Assembly (NCBI GenBank): GCA_041651395.1
Contig: JBAZJI010000001.1
Span: 182,533-246,532 of the forward strand
Direction of reading: 5' to 3'
Origin: Minisyncoccota bacterium
Lineage (GTDB): Bacteria; Patescibacteriota; Minisyncoccia; Minisyncoccales; JAGOPM01
Length of the DNA: 64,000 nucleotides
Shown here: piece after piece, positions 45,779 through 54,781 of the stretch
Layout of the letters: each line of letters begins with the position of its first letter
How positions within the stretch are numbered: the stretch's first letter is position 1
Made by a program: the position numbers and the translations under genes
Notes under the pieces: model-generated
The model's input: only the letters and a program-made list of their open reading frames with translations
Told to the model about the DNA's origin: nothing
Database searches by the model: none

Positions 45779-46276
45779 ATGCTCAAGATATGGCAAATTA
45801 AGCCAAACCCCGAGGGTAAAGATCGTTACGACGGCGTTTCGGACGCCCCGATACATCAAGTTTCTAGCGAGTGGATCGATTTGAAATACGATGCTTTGGT
45901 AGGGCACTATGTGATGGGGGGAGTAAAGCTTCAAAAGCAGATTGAAAAAGATGGACAAGTAATTTGGTGGGATGTTTTAGAATTTCCCGCCGATATTCAC
46001 TTTGAGTTGGGTTCAGAAAAAGTTTTGCGCATCCATTCCGGTAAGCTTATGGCTGAAGCCGCCATGGAGCGCCAAGATCGGGAAGGGGCGGATTTCCATT
46101 TTTTTACCCAAAAGAGTTTTGTATGGAGCAATAAGGATGCCGAGAATATCCGGATTCTGGATAAGGATGGCAAAGTGCTTGATGAAGCGTCTTATGATCC
46201 TTGGCCGCCCGAGGGCGAAGTTTTGCACCGCAACGACAAGAATAAATTGATTTACGTCTTCAAGGAACAAGGTTAA
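45779..46276 (+). CDS. Lamin-tail-domain (LTD)-like protein
   Basis: I.QI.PNPEG.D...SEWIDL...VLRIHSG...VWSN...IRILD.DGKVLDE.SY pattern typical of bacterial LTD. Confidence 0.6.
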   Translation: MLKIWQIKPNPEGKDRYDGVSDAPIHQVSSEWIDLKYDALVGHYVMGGVKLQKQIEKDGQVIWWDVLEFPADIHFELGSEKVLRIHSGKLMAEAAMERQDREGADFHFFTQKSFVWSNKDAENIRILDKDGKVLDEASYDPWPPEGEVLHRNDKNKLIYVFKEQG

Positions 46277-46285
46277 TAAATAGTT

Positions 46286-46314
46286 AAAGGCCCTCGTGAA
46301 GCGGGGGCCTTTTG
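46286..46314. terminator. Terminator between convergent genes
   Basis: AAAGGCCCTC-GTGAAGC-GGGGGCCTTTT. Confidence 0.7.
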
Positions 46315-46333
46315 TGATGCCTTGGTTCTTTAA

Positions 46334-46924
46334 TCAAGGCATATTGACATCAAATGTTCCCAGGGTAATCATTTCCGTTTTGTTTCCGGCATCATCAAGC
46401 AGCGGCAAATCTTCAAGATTTTCATCGAATGCGCTGTAGACTTCCAGGTTGAAGTGCAGCAGCTTGTTGCCATTTCTGGTTCGGGTTGGTTGCCAGTAGT
46501 AGGGGGTGCTGCCAATCGAGATAGAATCATTGGTGACTGTCTGCGATTCACCCTCGTACCAGTAGCGAACCTTGGCGAGCAAAATGTCTTCACTTTGCCA
46601 GCGCCCGAAATTCTTTACTTTGATTTCTACAAGCTGTTCCCCGGAAAGGCCGGAAAAATACTGGGCCTTAACCCCGAGAGCACGCTCTACCTTTTGACCT
46701 TCCTGAAGCCTTAGGATTTCCTTTTCTTCCTTTGGCCGGGAGGCTGCTTGTTCAACTGCCTTGGGAGCGGCTGTTGGAAAGGTGATTACTTTTGCAGCAT
46801 TCTTGGGGCTTTCCGAAACGGATGGCACCAAGTTGGCCGACAGATCTTTTTCACCTTTTCCAGTGCAGCCAACGGCCAGAATCGCAACAACTGCCACGCA
46901 AATTAGAATGCTGATATTTTTCAT
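46334..46924 (-). CDS. Putative lipoprotein (196 aa); SD-led
   Basis: Lipobox LAVGC; AAGGAGG at 46930-46936; promoter TTGATT-17-TATAAT at 47022-46994. Confidence 0.78.
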   Translation of the reverse strand: MKNISILICVAVVAILAVGCTGKGEKDLSANLVPSVSESPKNAAKVITFPTAAPKAVEQAASRPKEEKEILRLQEGQKVERALGVKAQYFSGLSGEQLVEIKVKNFGRWQSEDILLAKVRYWYEGESQTVTNDSISIGSTPYYWQPTRTRNGNKLLHFNLEVYSAFDENLEDLPLLDDAGNKTEMITLGTFDVNMP

Positions 46925-47112
46925 TTAATCCTCCTTCTGGATTATTTGATGTATATTTTTTTGTTAATTCATAAGTTGCCTTATGATACTTATATTATAG
47001 CACATTTTTAGCAAAAAATCAATGCACGAAGTTGCCAATAAAATCAACCCTTTCTGCCCCCTTGGTAGAGTTTCAATTAAAAAAGCCCCAAATAACTTGG
47101 GGCTTTTTAAGC

Positions 47113-50100
47113 TTACTGTAATTCGGGCGGGTTAAAGTCCTTAAATGTTTTTCTTGAGATATCGTAAATTTCTCCAACCTCAGCTAGTTTGCTTAATGGG
47201 AACAGGATATAGGTTTGGTCCCCGGATAAGCCAGAAACATTTTGGCCGCAGCTATCACTTAACCTCCCATTGTAATTCTTATCAACGGCCGTGGTCAGGC
47301 GGAATAATTTGCGGGGGCTCTGGGGGGATGCAATCGAATCATTGCCAACTGCTTTAACCGAGTTTTTATCATATTCGTCCCAGCGGGAAATATTTACGTA
47401 GTGCGATGGATTGCCGTAGCAGCGCATAATTATCGGAATACCCCGGGAAGTAAACCTCTGGGTTTGCTCCCAATTAACAAATTGCCGGTCAGGGAATTTA
47501 TCGCCCATGCTGCTAGAGCCGGTAATCGGCATAAAGACCATGCCCAGATTTGTTTGGAAATCCTTAAAAATATTATGTTTGCCGCTTAAAGCCCAATCAA
47601 CGGAAAAAAGACCTTTACAGGTTAAGTAGCGCAAAACTTTATAAGTGGTTGGCTCATACTTTTCATAGCGCTCCTCGACGCTTAATTTGGAATCATCGAT
47701 TTTTTCGTATGGCTTCCAATCGTCATTACAGCTGTTGGTTTTGATGTCGTAAAAACAACCGCGAATGGCCAGATTATATTCCCGCTGCCAATTAGCGCGG
47801 AAGGAGTTGTCGTTGCGATACCAGTAGGCAAAAGACATGGAAAGCGCGCTATCGCCACAGCCGGCCGAGCCGACCACAGACATTCTATCTGTGGCATAAA
47901 GGCGGCGGCAGGAAGTGTATTGTCCGCTGGTTTGGGAGAATTGCGGCACGTCAGTCATAGAAATAATCGATTTGGGCTCTCCGCAATTCAGGCAGGAAAA
48001 AGTATTATTCCCAGTGCAGTCGGTGGCCACGCAAGCTTGCCATTTATAAAGGTAGCGGGAATATTTTTTCTTAACTTCGAGGTATTCATAAACCGGCAGG
48101 CCTTGATTCTTCATTTTTTCGGAAACATAATCTTCAAACGGATTATTAAGGGCATAATAGAACATTCCTTTTTCGGCCGGGACGGCAACCATGTGCTCGC
48201 GTTTGCGTAATCCCTGTGAGCAGGCAAACCGGGTATCAAAACTGATTGAGGGATCGTCTCCGGCCGGCTCTTCGGAGCAGATATTGAAGTAATATTTGGC
48301 TTGGGGATTGCCCTTACCCAGAGTTTTGGCCGCTCCAGAGAAGAGAATTTTTTGCCAGCTCATGGAGTAGGCTTTCAAAGTCAAAGCTTGCGGGGATTCG
48401 ATATTAAATTCTTTAGTTACGGGGAGGGAATATTTTTTGTCGCCGTATTTGCCCATATTCTCGGCAATCAGGGTGGCAAAAAATTTCTTTTTTCCGTCCA
48501 AGTGGTCATTGCCGATTAAAACTCCAAACAGGCTGCCCGATTTTTCAGCGCGTGAAAAGGTTACCCGGTGGGGATTTTTCTTAAAGAAAGGATCGTCTTT
48601 GGGGTTGAGCTTGGTATTAACCGGCTCGCCCTCCAGCCACCAATAGGCCCAGATAAGAGCGCCACTGCCGCCCTCATTAGTGGTGTTACCATCGGAAAGA
48701 AGTTGCCCGGTAACATTATAGGAAAAGGTTTTGCTATTGGCCGGATAGGTAATGTTTTTTATCCGGAAATCATCGGCTTCCAGCGTCGGCTTGGCAAATG
48801 ATGTTTTGAAGGGGATTATCTCTCCATAGGTTGTCCCCGCATTATTTGCGCCCACAGCCTGGACGCAATATTCCGTATCGGGCTTAAGCCCGTTTTGGGA
48901 ACCAAAATAGTAAAGCCCGTTGCGGGAGCCGGTCTTGGCTTCAAAAAATTGTTCTTTATCTTTAGCCTGGGGCTCGATGCTGCAATCGGCAAGGTAGAAT
49001 ATATCGCTTTTATCAGTGATATTTTCTACTGGCCGTTTTCTGGCTTCCCACACCCTAAACCAGGTCTTGAAGCTGCTATCATAAATATTTTGTTCGTCGA
49101 GTTTGGCTTCAAAACTGGCCGAGGTATCTTTGATAAAATTTAAGGCATTAAGCCCGCAAGGTTCGGGTTGGGATTTTCCAATAAAGGGGGTAAATTGGGT
49201 GTAATAATAGGGGAGGTAATTTTGCGGCGTGGAAGCGTCGGGCGGTACAAAAAATTTGCAGGTTTGGATTCTGGGCAGGCGCAAAGTTTTGAAGATACCG
49301 ACATTGGTTTTATCGGTATATTTATCCGTGGGCGAATTAGCCACCACCGAGCGGAAACAATATTGCCCGCCGCCCTCTTCAAGGGTGTCTACTACCACTC
49401 CGTAAGTTACTTTACCCGAATCTTTTTTCTGTTTGTAATAAAATATTTCGACAGCCTTATCCTGGAGTGACCTTATCTCTTCAGGATCAGGTATTTGTTT
49501 TTTATCGGTGCAGGGCCAATACTCAAACCAAGCTTTAACGGCATTGCGATTTCCACCTGAACTTATAATTTCCCCTTCCAGCCGGGCCTTGGTTGTCCCG
49601 ATACCTTCAGCCGACACGGTTTTGGATTGAAGGGGCAGAACCGCCTCCGAGCATTGATAACCGTCATAGGCTTTTTGTTCGGTGCGCCCTAAGTTTTGCG
49701 CTGCTGCCTTCCAGCAATATTTTTGATTGTATTCCACATCCAGATCAGTGGTAAAATATTGCCCGCCCGGCTCTGTTCTCAGGTCAATGGATTTTAGAAT
49801 TTTTGGGTTGGGTATGGGGCCTTGCCATTGGTTGCGCAGAGCATCTTGGTATTTGGCCCAGTAAAAATAAGTATAGCCTTTGCTGATACTGACGGTTTGG
49901 TCAAAGCGGAAAATTCGCCCGCCTAACCGGATTTTGTTTACTAATTCCGGGCTATCCGATCTTTTTAGATAGAAAAAGTCGGTGGACTCGTCATACACTT
50001 CGTTTTTCACCCAGTTTTGGCAATTTTCATCGCCTAAGGTGGTAAAGCACTGAGCATTTTTTTTATCAACCGAATAACCCCAATCCGTGTGAGCTAAGGC

Positions 50101-51195
50101 AAAAAAGCAGTAGGGGGTGCAGGGTTGAAGGCCGGTGATTTGGGCAAAATGTTTTCCCGCTTTAGTGAACTTGGGATTGGCCGCATAAGGAGTTTTTATG
50201 GTCGTGGAAACATTATCCTGGTCGTAGGCATTGTAATAATTAAACCAGGGCACGGCGCCACTCGGGTCATCCCCGGGGTCGACTATTTCCATGCTTAGAA
50301 CCGCACTATTTCTGGTAACTTTTTCCGCAGACAGAGTTTTTAACTTGGTGCGATAAAGAAAAACCGTTTGGCCGTTAATATCGCAAATGCTTTTACCGGA
50401 AAACCAACCGTTTTTATTCCATGCCGAGGCTTGATAGCAATAATTTTGCAGTGGGGGCAAGAAATTTTTAGTGGTATAAGAATAAATACTGTTATTCAGC
50501 ACCGGGGGAAGGTCGTCAGTGGATTTGTTCGGATCGATTCTGATAACGAGGCTGTTTTCCATACCATCGCGGACCAATGTTTCTCTGGGGAAAAGGTCCC
50601 AGGCGATGTAGGGTTCCTGCAAATCATTACCATTGCTGTAAAAGCTGGCGCGAAAAGTCGTATCACCCAAACTTTGGTTTTGGGTAGTGGCCTCGGTATT
50701 AATCATGGGCAGAAGTTTGGGAATTTCATCCCTGGGACAGATTGTAAATTCTGGGCTTGCATAAGCCAAATTTTTGGCTTTATCAAATACCCGCATTTTG
50801 CAGAAGCAGTTACGCGACACATCGGCATCTTGATAGGTGCGTGAATCCTGCGGCACAGTCCAAATACCGGTCATTTCTTTCTGGTTGGGCGTTTCACCTT
50901 CGGCTAATTGGGCGGGGGTAGAGCGTTGCCCGTAAGAAATGTATTCCTGTCCTGTATAGCCATAGGCCGAATAGCAAATGACGTCAAAAAACGGATAGTC
51001 GGCGGTTTTTCCAGAAGTTTCCTTCCAGTGAAATTCCAAATCCACTCCGCTGGGGAAAAACGTAAAATAGGGATCGTTAAAAGACGTCGAGCGGTTACCG
51101 AAAATTATTCGGGTCGCGAATTGGGCCGCTTGGGTATAACTGGCGGCAAAAGCAATCAGGAATACGCAAAAAAGAAAGACGAAAAATTTCTTCAT
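47113..51195 (-). CDS. Large secreted protein with FN3-like repeats and a C-terminal C39/papain-like peptidase domain (~1360 aa)
   Basis: Signal peptide from MKKFF (51195); repeated TL.AE.....A.L...G...YC..A modules; C-terminal DVPQFSQ, AGCGDSALSMSFAYW, GIPIIM...SHYVNISRWD. Confidence 0.82.
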   Translation of the reverse strand: MKKFFVFLFCVFLIAFAASYTQAAQFATRIIFGNRSTSFNDPYFTFFPSGVDLEFHWKETSGKTADYPFFDVICYSAYGYTGQEYISYGQRSTPAQLAEGETPNQKEMTGIWTVPQDSRTYQDADVSRNCFCKMRVFDKAKNLAYASPEFTICPRDEIPKLLPMINTEATTQNQSLGDTTFRASFYSNGNDLQEPYIAWDLFPRETLVRDGMENSLVIRIDPNKSTDDLPPVLNNSIYSYTTKNFLPPLQNYCYQASAWNKNGWFSGKSICDINGQTVFLYRTKLKTLSAEKVTRNSAVLSMEIVDPGDDPSGAVPWFNYYNAYDQDNVSTTIKTPYAANPKFTKAGKHFAQITGLQPCTPYCFFALAHTDWGYSVDKKNAQCFTTLGDENCQNWVKNEVYDESTDFFYLKRSDSPELVNKIRLGGRIFRFDQTVSISKGYTYFYWAKYQDALRNQWQGPIPNPKILKSIDLRTEPGGQYFTTDLDVEYNQKYCWKAAAQNLGRTEQKAYDGYQCSEAVLPLQSKTVSAEGIGTTKARLEGEIISSGGNRNAVKAWFEYWPCTDKKQIPDPEEIRSLQDKAVEIFYYKQKKDSGKVTYGVVVDTLEEGGGQYCFRSVVANSPTDKYTDKTNVGIFKTLRLPRIQTCKFFVPPDASTPQNYLPYYYTQFTPFIGKSQPEPCGLNALNFIKDTSASFEAKLDEQNIYDSSFKTWFRVWEARKRPVENITDKSDIFYLADCSIEPQAKDKEQFFEAKTGSRNGLYYFGSQNGLKPDTEYCVQAVGANNAGTTYGEIIPFKTSFAKPTLEADDFRIKNITYPANSKTFSYNVTGQLLSDGNTTNEGGSGALIWAYWWLEGEPVNTKLNPKDDPFFKKNPHRVTFSRAEKSGSLFGVLIGNDHLDGKKKFFATLIAENMGKYGDKKYSLPVTKEFNIESPQALTLKAYSMSWQKILFSGAAKTLGKGNPQAKYYFNICSEEPAGDDPSISFDTRFACSQGLRKREHMVAVPAEKGMFYYALNNPFEDYVSEKMKNQGLPVYEYLEVKKKYSRYLYKWQACVATDCTGNNTFSCLNCGEPKSIISMTDVPQFSQTSGQYTSCRRLYATDRMSVVGSAGCGDSALSMSFAYWYRNDNSFRANWQREYNLAIRGCFYDIKTNSCNDDWKPYEKIDDSKLSVEERYEKYEPTTYKVLRYLTCKGLFSVDWALSGKHNIFKDFQTNLGMVFMPITGSSSMGDKFPDRQFVNWEQTQRFTSRGIPIIMRCYGNPSHYVNISRWDEYDKNSVKAVGNDSIASPQSPRKLFRLTTAVDKNYNGRLSDSCGQNVSGLSGDQTYILFPLSKLAEVGEIYDISRKTFKDFNPPELQ

Positions 51196-51340
51196 ACTCG
51201 TCTTTATTCTATCCGAAAATTGCAAAAAGGGATGTGCAAAACTCCTTATTTTATAGAGTTAAAAAGGCTCTACTTTACAAATCAAAAATTTGTGATATAA
51301 TTAGGTAATTAACAAAAACATACGGAAAGGAGGGGATAAC

Positions 51341-52156
51341 ATGAAGAGCAGAAATTTCCTCGTTTTGGTGGTATTATTGGCGACATTTTCTTCTTTTGCC
51401 AACATACCTTGCCACGCGCAATGTTTGGACTATCAGTGGGAGTCGCGCATTTATCCGGGCTGCGACAATCTAAGGATTGATATTCGCGCCTACGATCTTA
51501 AGCAGAACCAGCAAGTCACATTCTTTGCTATTCTGCTGCGCAACCCCGGTTCGCCGGAATTTAATTTCCAGCGCGACCACAGAATGGTTTGCTTGGGCAC
51601 CATTAAGGCTATTGCAAATAAAACTGACGGCAAGCTTGTCCGCGCTTTAAGCGATATAATCTATGATTTAGAATATTCGTGTCGCGGCCGGAATGTAACT
51701 TACGGCCTCAGTCTGATTTGCGACAAAGAAGACCTCAAGTGCATTCCATCTTTAGCCAAGCAGTATTTTCGCGTTTTGCCCGACAAGCCAAGCAGCGCAA
51801 TCAGCAGCCCCAAGGATGGCACTAGATTCTTTCTCGGTTCTCCGATTTGCGTGAAATGGGATAGGAAGCTTTTTGCTCCCGAAACCAAGTTACGTATCTC
51901 TCTGAGAAAAATCTACACGGCCGATGCTTACGACGAATTGTTCGTTCTTGAGAATGAGGCAAATGATGGCCAAAGTGAGCTCTACGTTCCGCAGGATTTG
52001 GTGGAAAATGCCACCCATAATTTATTGGACATGGTTGGCAGTGACTATTGTTGGATCTTAATCCAGCAAGAAAATCGAGAAATCGTCAGTGACGGTTTAT
52101 TCTCCATCTTTAATCCCAACGAATCCCCGAATTTCGGTCCCAGACAGGATAAATAA
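51341..52156 (+). CDS. Secreted hypothetical protein with C-terminal Ig-like domain; SD-led
   Basis: AAGGAGG 51327-51333; signal peptide; ISSPKDG...ICVKWD...NDG pattern; promoter TTTACA..TATAAT upstream, terminator 52165-52188. Confidence 0.75.
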   Translation: MKSRNFLVLVVLLATFSSFANIPCHAQCLDYQWESRIYPGCDNLRIDIRAYDLKQNQQVTFFAILLRNPGSPEFNFQRDHRMVCLGTIKAIANKTDGKLVRALSDIIYDLEYSCRGRNVTYGLSLICDKEDLKCIPSLAKQYFRVLPDKPSSAISSPKDGTRFFLGSPICVKWDRKLFAPETKLRISLRKIYTADAYDELFVLENEANDGQSELYVPQDLVENATHNLLDMVGSDYCWILIQQENREIVSDGLFSIFNPNESPNFGPRQDK

Positions 52157-52252
52157 ATAATTTAAGCCACCCAAAAGGGCGGCTCTTTAGTTTTTTAGGG
52201 GACAAAATAGCTTTGCCAAAGGGGAATTTTTTGTATAAAATACTGGCAAGCT

Positions 52253-52993
52253 ATGGAACAAAGCGTATTTTTGTCTGTCATCATTCCAGCCTACAATGAA
52301 GAAAAGAGATTACCCAAAACCTTGGAGTCGGTTTGCTCTTGGCTGGCCAGCCGCCCTTATAGCAGTGAGGTTATAGTGGTTTCTGATGGCTCCAAAGATA
52401 ATACGCAAAAAGTCGCCCGAGAATTTTGTGCCCGCTATCCTTTTTTACAAGTGTTACAATATTTACCTAATCGTGGTAAAGGTTATGCCACGCGCTTCGG
52501 AATGCAAAAAGCCCGCGGGCATTACCAAGTTTTTACCGATGCGGACAATTCCACCTCCATTGAACAATGGGAAAAAATGATCCCGGAATTCGAAAAAGGA
52601 TTTGAAGTGGTCATCGGCTCGCGCGATATTAAAGGCGCAATTTTAGATCCACCCCAACCACCTTGGAGGCGTTTTATCGGCAATGGTTTTAATTTGGGTA
52701 TTCAGATTTTGCTCGGGCTTTGGGGCATCTGGGATACACAGTGCGGCTTTAAGGGTTTTACCCAAAAAGCCTCGCAAGCGATTTTTCCAAAAGCCCGGAT
52801 TGATCGTTTTGCTTTTGATCCGGAAATTTTATTATTGGCGCGCAAAAATAAATTCAAAATAAAAGAGATTCCTGTGCATTGGATAAATGATGCGGACAGC
52901 CGCGTCAAAGGAAAAACGGTTTTAGAAATGCTCAAAGACGCTTTTCGTATTAAAATTAACGACCTAACCGGGAAATATGAAAGCCAAAATTGA
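52253..52993 (+). CDS. Glycosyltransferase family 2 (dolichyl/polyprenyl-phosphate glucosyltransferase-like)
   Basis: SVIIPAYNEE, DGSKD, NRGKG, FTDAD, DTQCGFK, FAFDPEIL. Confidence 0.9.
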   Translation: MEQSVFLSVIIPAYNEEKRLPKTLESVCSWLASRPYSSEVIVVSDGSKDNTQKVAREFCARYPFLQVLQYLPNRGKGYATRFGMQKARGHYQVFTDADNSTSIEQWEKMIPEFEKGFEVVIGSRDIKGAILDPPQPPWRRFIGNGFNLGIQILLGLWGIWDTQCGFKGFTQKASQAIFPKARIDRFAFDPEILLLARKNKFKIKEIPVHWINDADSRVKGKTVLEMLKDAFRIKINDLTGKYESQN

Positions 52994-54029
52994 AAAACCG
53001 CAAATCATCAATTCAGAATTACGCCGCGACTTGATAAGCAAGGATTCGGTAGTAATTTCCAGAACCCGCAACCGCCAGCCGCAAGATTATCGGCATAAGA
53101 GCAAGCCGTTTTTTACTCCCAAATCCAAATGCCCTTTTGAAAATCTGGGGAAATCCGGTCAGCATCCGCCGGTTTTGGCGATTCATAACGGGCAGCGTTT
53201 GTCGCTTAACGGGGTTTTTCCGGCCCAGTGGAGCACGGTAATTATTCCCAATAAATTTCCGATTTTATCTCCGGTTGAAAAAATGGAAATAAAAATCCAA
53301 GGCCAGTTTTACGAAACGATTACCGCCTCGGGGTTTTGCGAGCTAGTCATCAGCAAAGACCATAAACCGCGATTTCATCAGCTTGAGGTCGGGCAAATAA
53401 AAGAGATGATTGATGCCTACCAATGGCGCTATTTGGAATTGATGGATAAGAAATTCGTCAGCTATATCTCTATTTTTCATAATTGCGGCAAGGAAGCGGC
53501 AGCTTCACAGAGTCATAACCATAGCCAGATAATCACTTCACCGTTGGTGGACAAAGATTTGGCGCGGGCTTTAGCTAATGCCCGCGAATACGAGCAACGG
53601 CATAATGCTTGCCCTTATTGCGATATGCGGGTTTTTGACAAGCAGGAAGGCCGCCGGCTGATTTTTGAAAATGAACATTTTATGGTGGTAGCGCCTTTTG
53701 CCTCGAAAAGCGAATTTGAGATGATTATCACCCCTAAAAGACATTCGCCTAATTTCGAAGAGGTAACCGAAGAAGAAAAATTAGCCTTGGCTCAAGCCTT
53801 CAAAAAGACTTTGACGGCTTTAGAAAAAGCTCTCAATGGCCCGGATTATAATTTTTATTTGCACACTTCGCCTTGCGATAATGCAAAATCTTATCCATAC
53901 TATCATTGGCATTTCACTATTTTACCCGTGGTGAAAAAGATCGGGGGATTTGAATTGTCCACCAAGCTCGATGTTAATACTATCGAGCCGGAGATTGCCG
54001 CCCAATTTATCAAAAAATACTTAAAATGA
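52977..54029 (+). CDS. galT: Galactose-1-phosphate uridylyltransferase family protein
   Basis: SELRRD, CPF, PNKFP, SQSHNHSQI (HxHxQ), YHWHF, GGFEL. Confidence 0.85.
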   Translation: MKAKIEKPQIINSELRRDLISKDSVVISRTRNRQPQDYRHKSKPFFTPKSKCPFENLGKSGQHPPVLAIHNGQRLSLNGVFPAQWSTVIIPNKFPILSPVEKMEIKIQGQFYETITASGFCELVISKDHKPRFHQLEVGQIKEMIDAYQWRYLELMDKKFVSYISIFHNCGKEAAASQSHNHSQIITSPLVDKDLARALANAREYEQRHNACPYCDMRVFDKQEGRRLIFENEHFMVVAPFASKSEFEMIITPKRHSPNFEEVTEEEKLALAQAFKKTLTALEKALNGPDYNFYLHTSPCDNAKSYPYYHWHFTILPVVKKIGGFELSTKLDVNTIEPEIAAQFIKKYLK

Positions 54030-54781
54030 AAAAAATCGTTATCGCGAATTGGAAATGCTTCCCGGAAACCAAACAGGAGGCCCAAACCATTCTTAAACAG
54101 CTTAATCCCTCCTGCAAAGGGCTGAAAAATACTTCCGTGACCGTTTGTCTGCCTTTTCCATTTCTGCAATTAGCCTGCAATTTCAAACAGCCCAGTATCT
54201 CCTTTGGCGCCCAAAATTGTTTTTGGCTGCCTTTTGGCGCTTATACCGGGGAGGTTTCCGCTTCACAGTTGGCAACCACGGGCGTGCAATATGTAATCTT
54301 GGGCCATTCAGAAAGGCGGCAACATTTTAACGAGCCTAATGATATCATCAATAAAAAAATCAAACTCTGTTTGGAAAATAAAATGAAGGCCGTGCTTTGC
54401 GTTGGCGAATCTTTCGAGGATAGGCAGCTTAAAAGAGAGAACGCCATTATCCGCGGCCAAATTTTGCAAGGGCTAAAAGATTTTGGGCCCAAAGAAATGG
54501 TAAATTTGTGTATTGCCTATGAACCGGTTTGGGCCATTGGCAGCGGCAAGCCCTGCTCAAGTGAAGATGCCAAAAACATGGCCACTTATATCAAGGGCCT
54601 GATGTATGAAGTTTTCGGCGCTAAAGAGTTTCCGGTTATTTATGGCGGCTCGGTTAATTCTGGCAATGCCAAGGATTATATTACTAACGGCAATATGGAC
54701 GGGCTTTTAGTGGGGCGCGCTTCCTTGGATTGGCAGGAGTTTGTTAATATTATTTTATCAATCGAAAAGAATAAGGCATGA
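54026..54781 (+). CDS. tpiA: Triosephosphate isomerase
   Basis: ANWK, GAYTGEVS, GHSERR, AYEPVWAIG, YGGSV. Confidence 0.96.
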   Translation: MKKIVIANWKCFPETKQEAQTILKQLNPSCKGLKNTSVTVCLPFPFLQLACNFKQPSISFGAQNCFWLPFGAYTGEVSASQLATTGVQYVILGHSERRQHFNEPNDIINKKIKLCLENKMKAVLCVGESFEDRQLKRENAIIRGQILQGLKDFGPKEMVNLCIAYEPVWAIGSGKPCSSEDAKNMATYIKGLMYEVFGAKEFPVIYGGSVNSGNAKDYITNGNMDGLLVGRASLDWQEFVNIILSIEKNKA

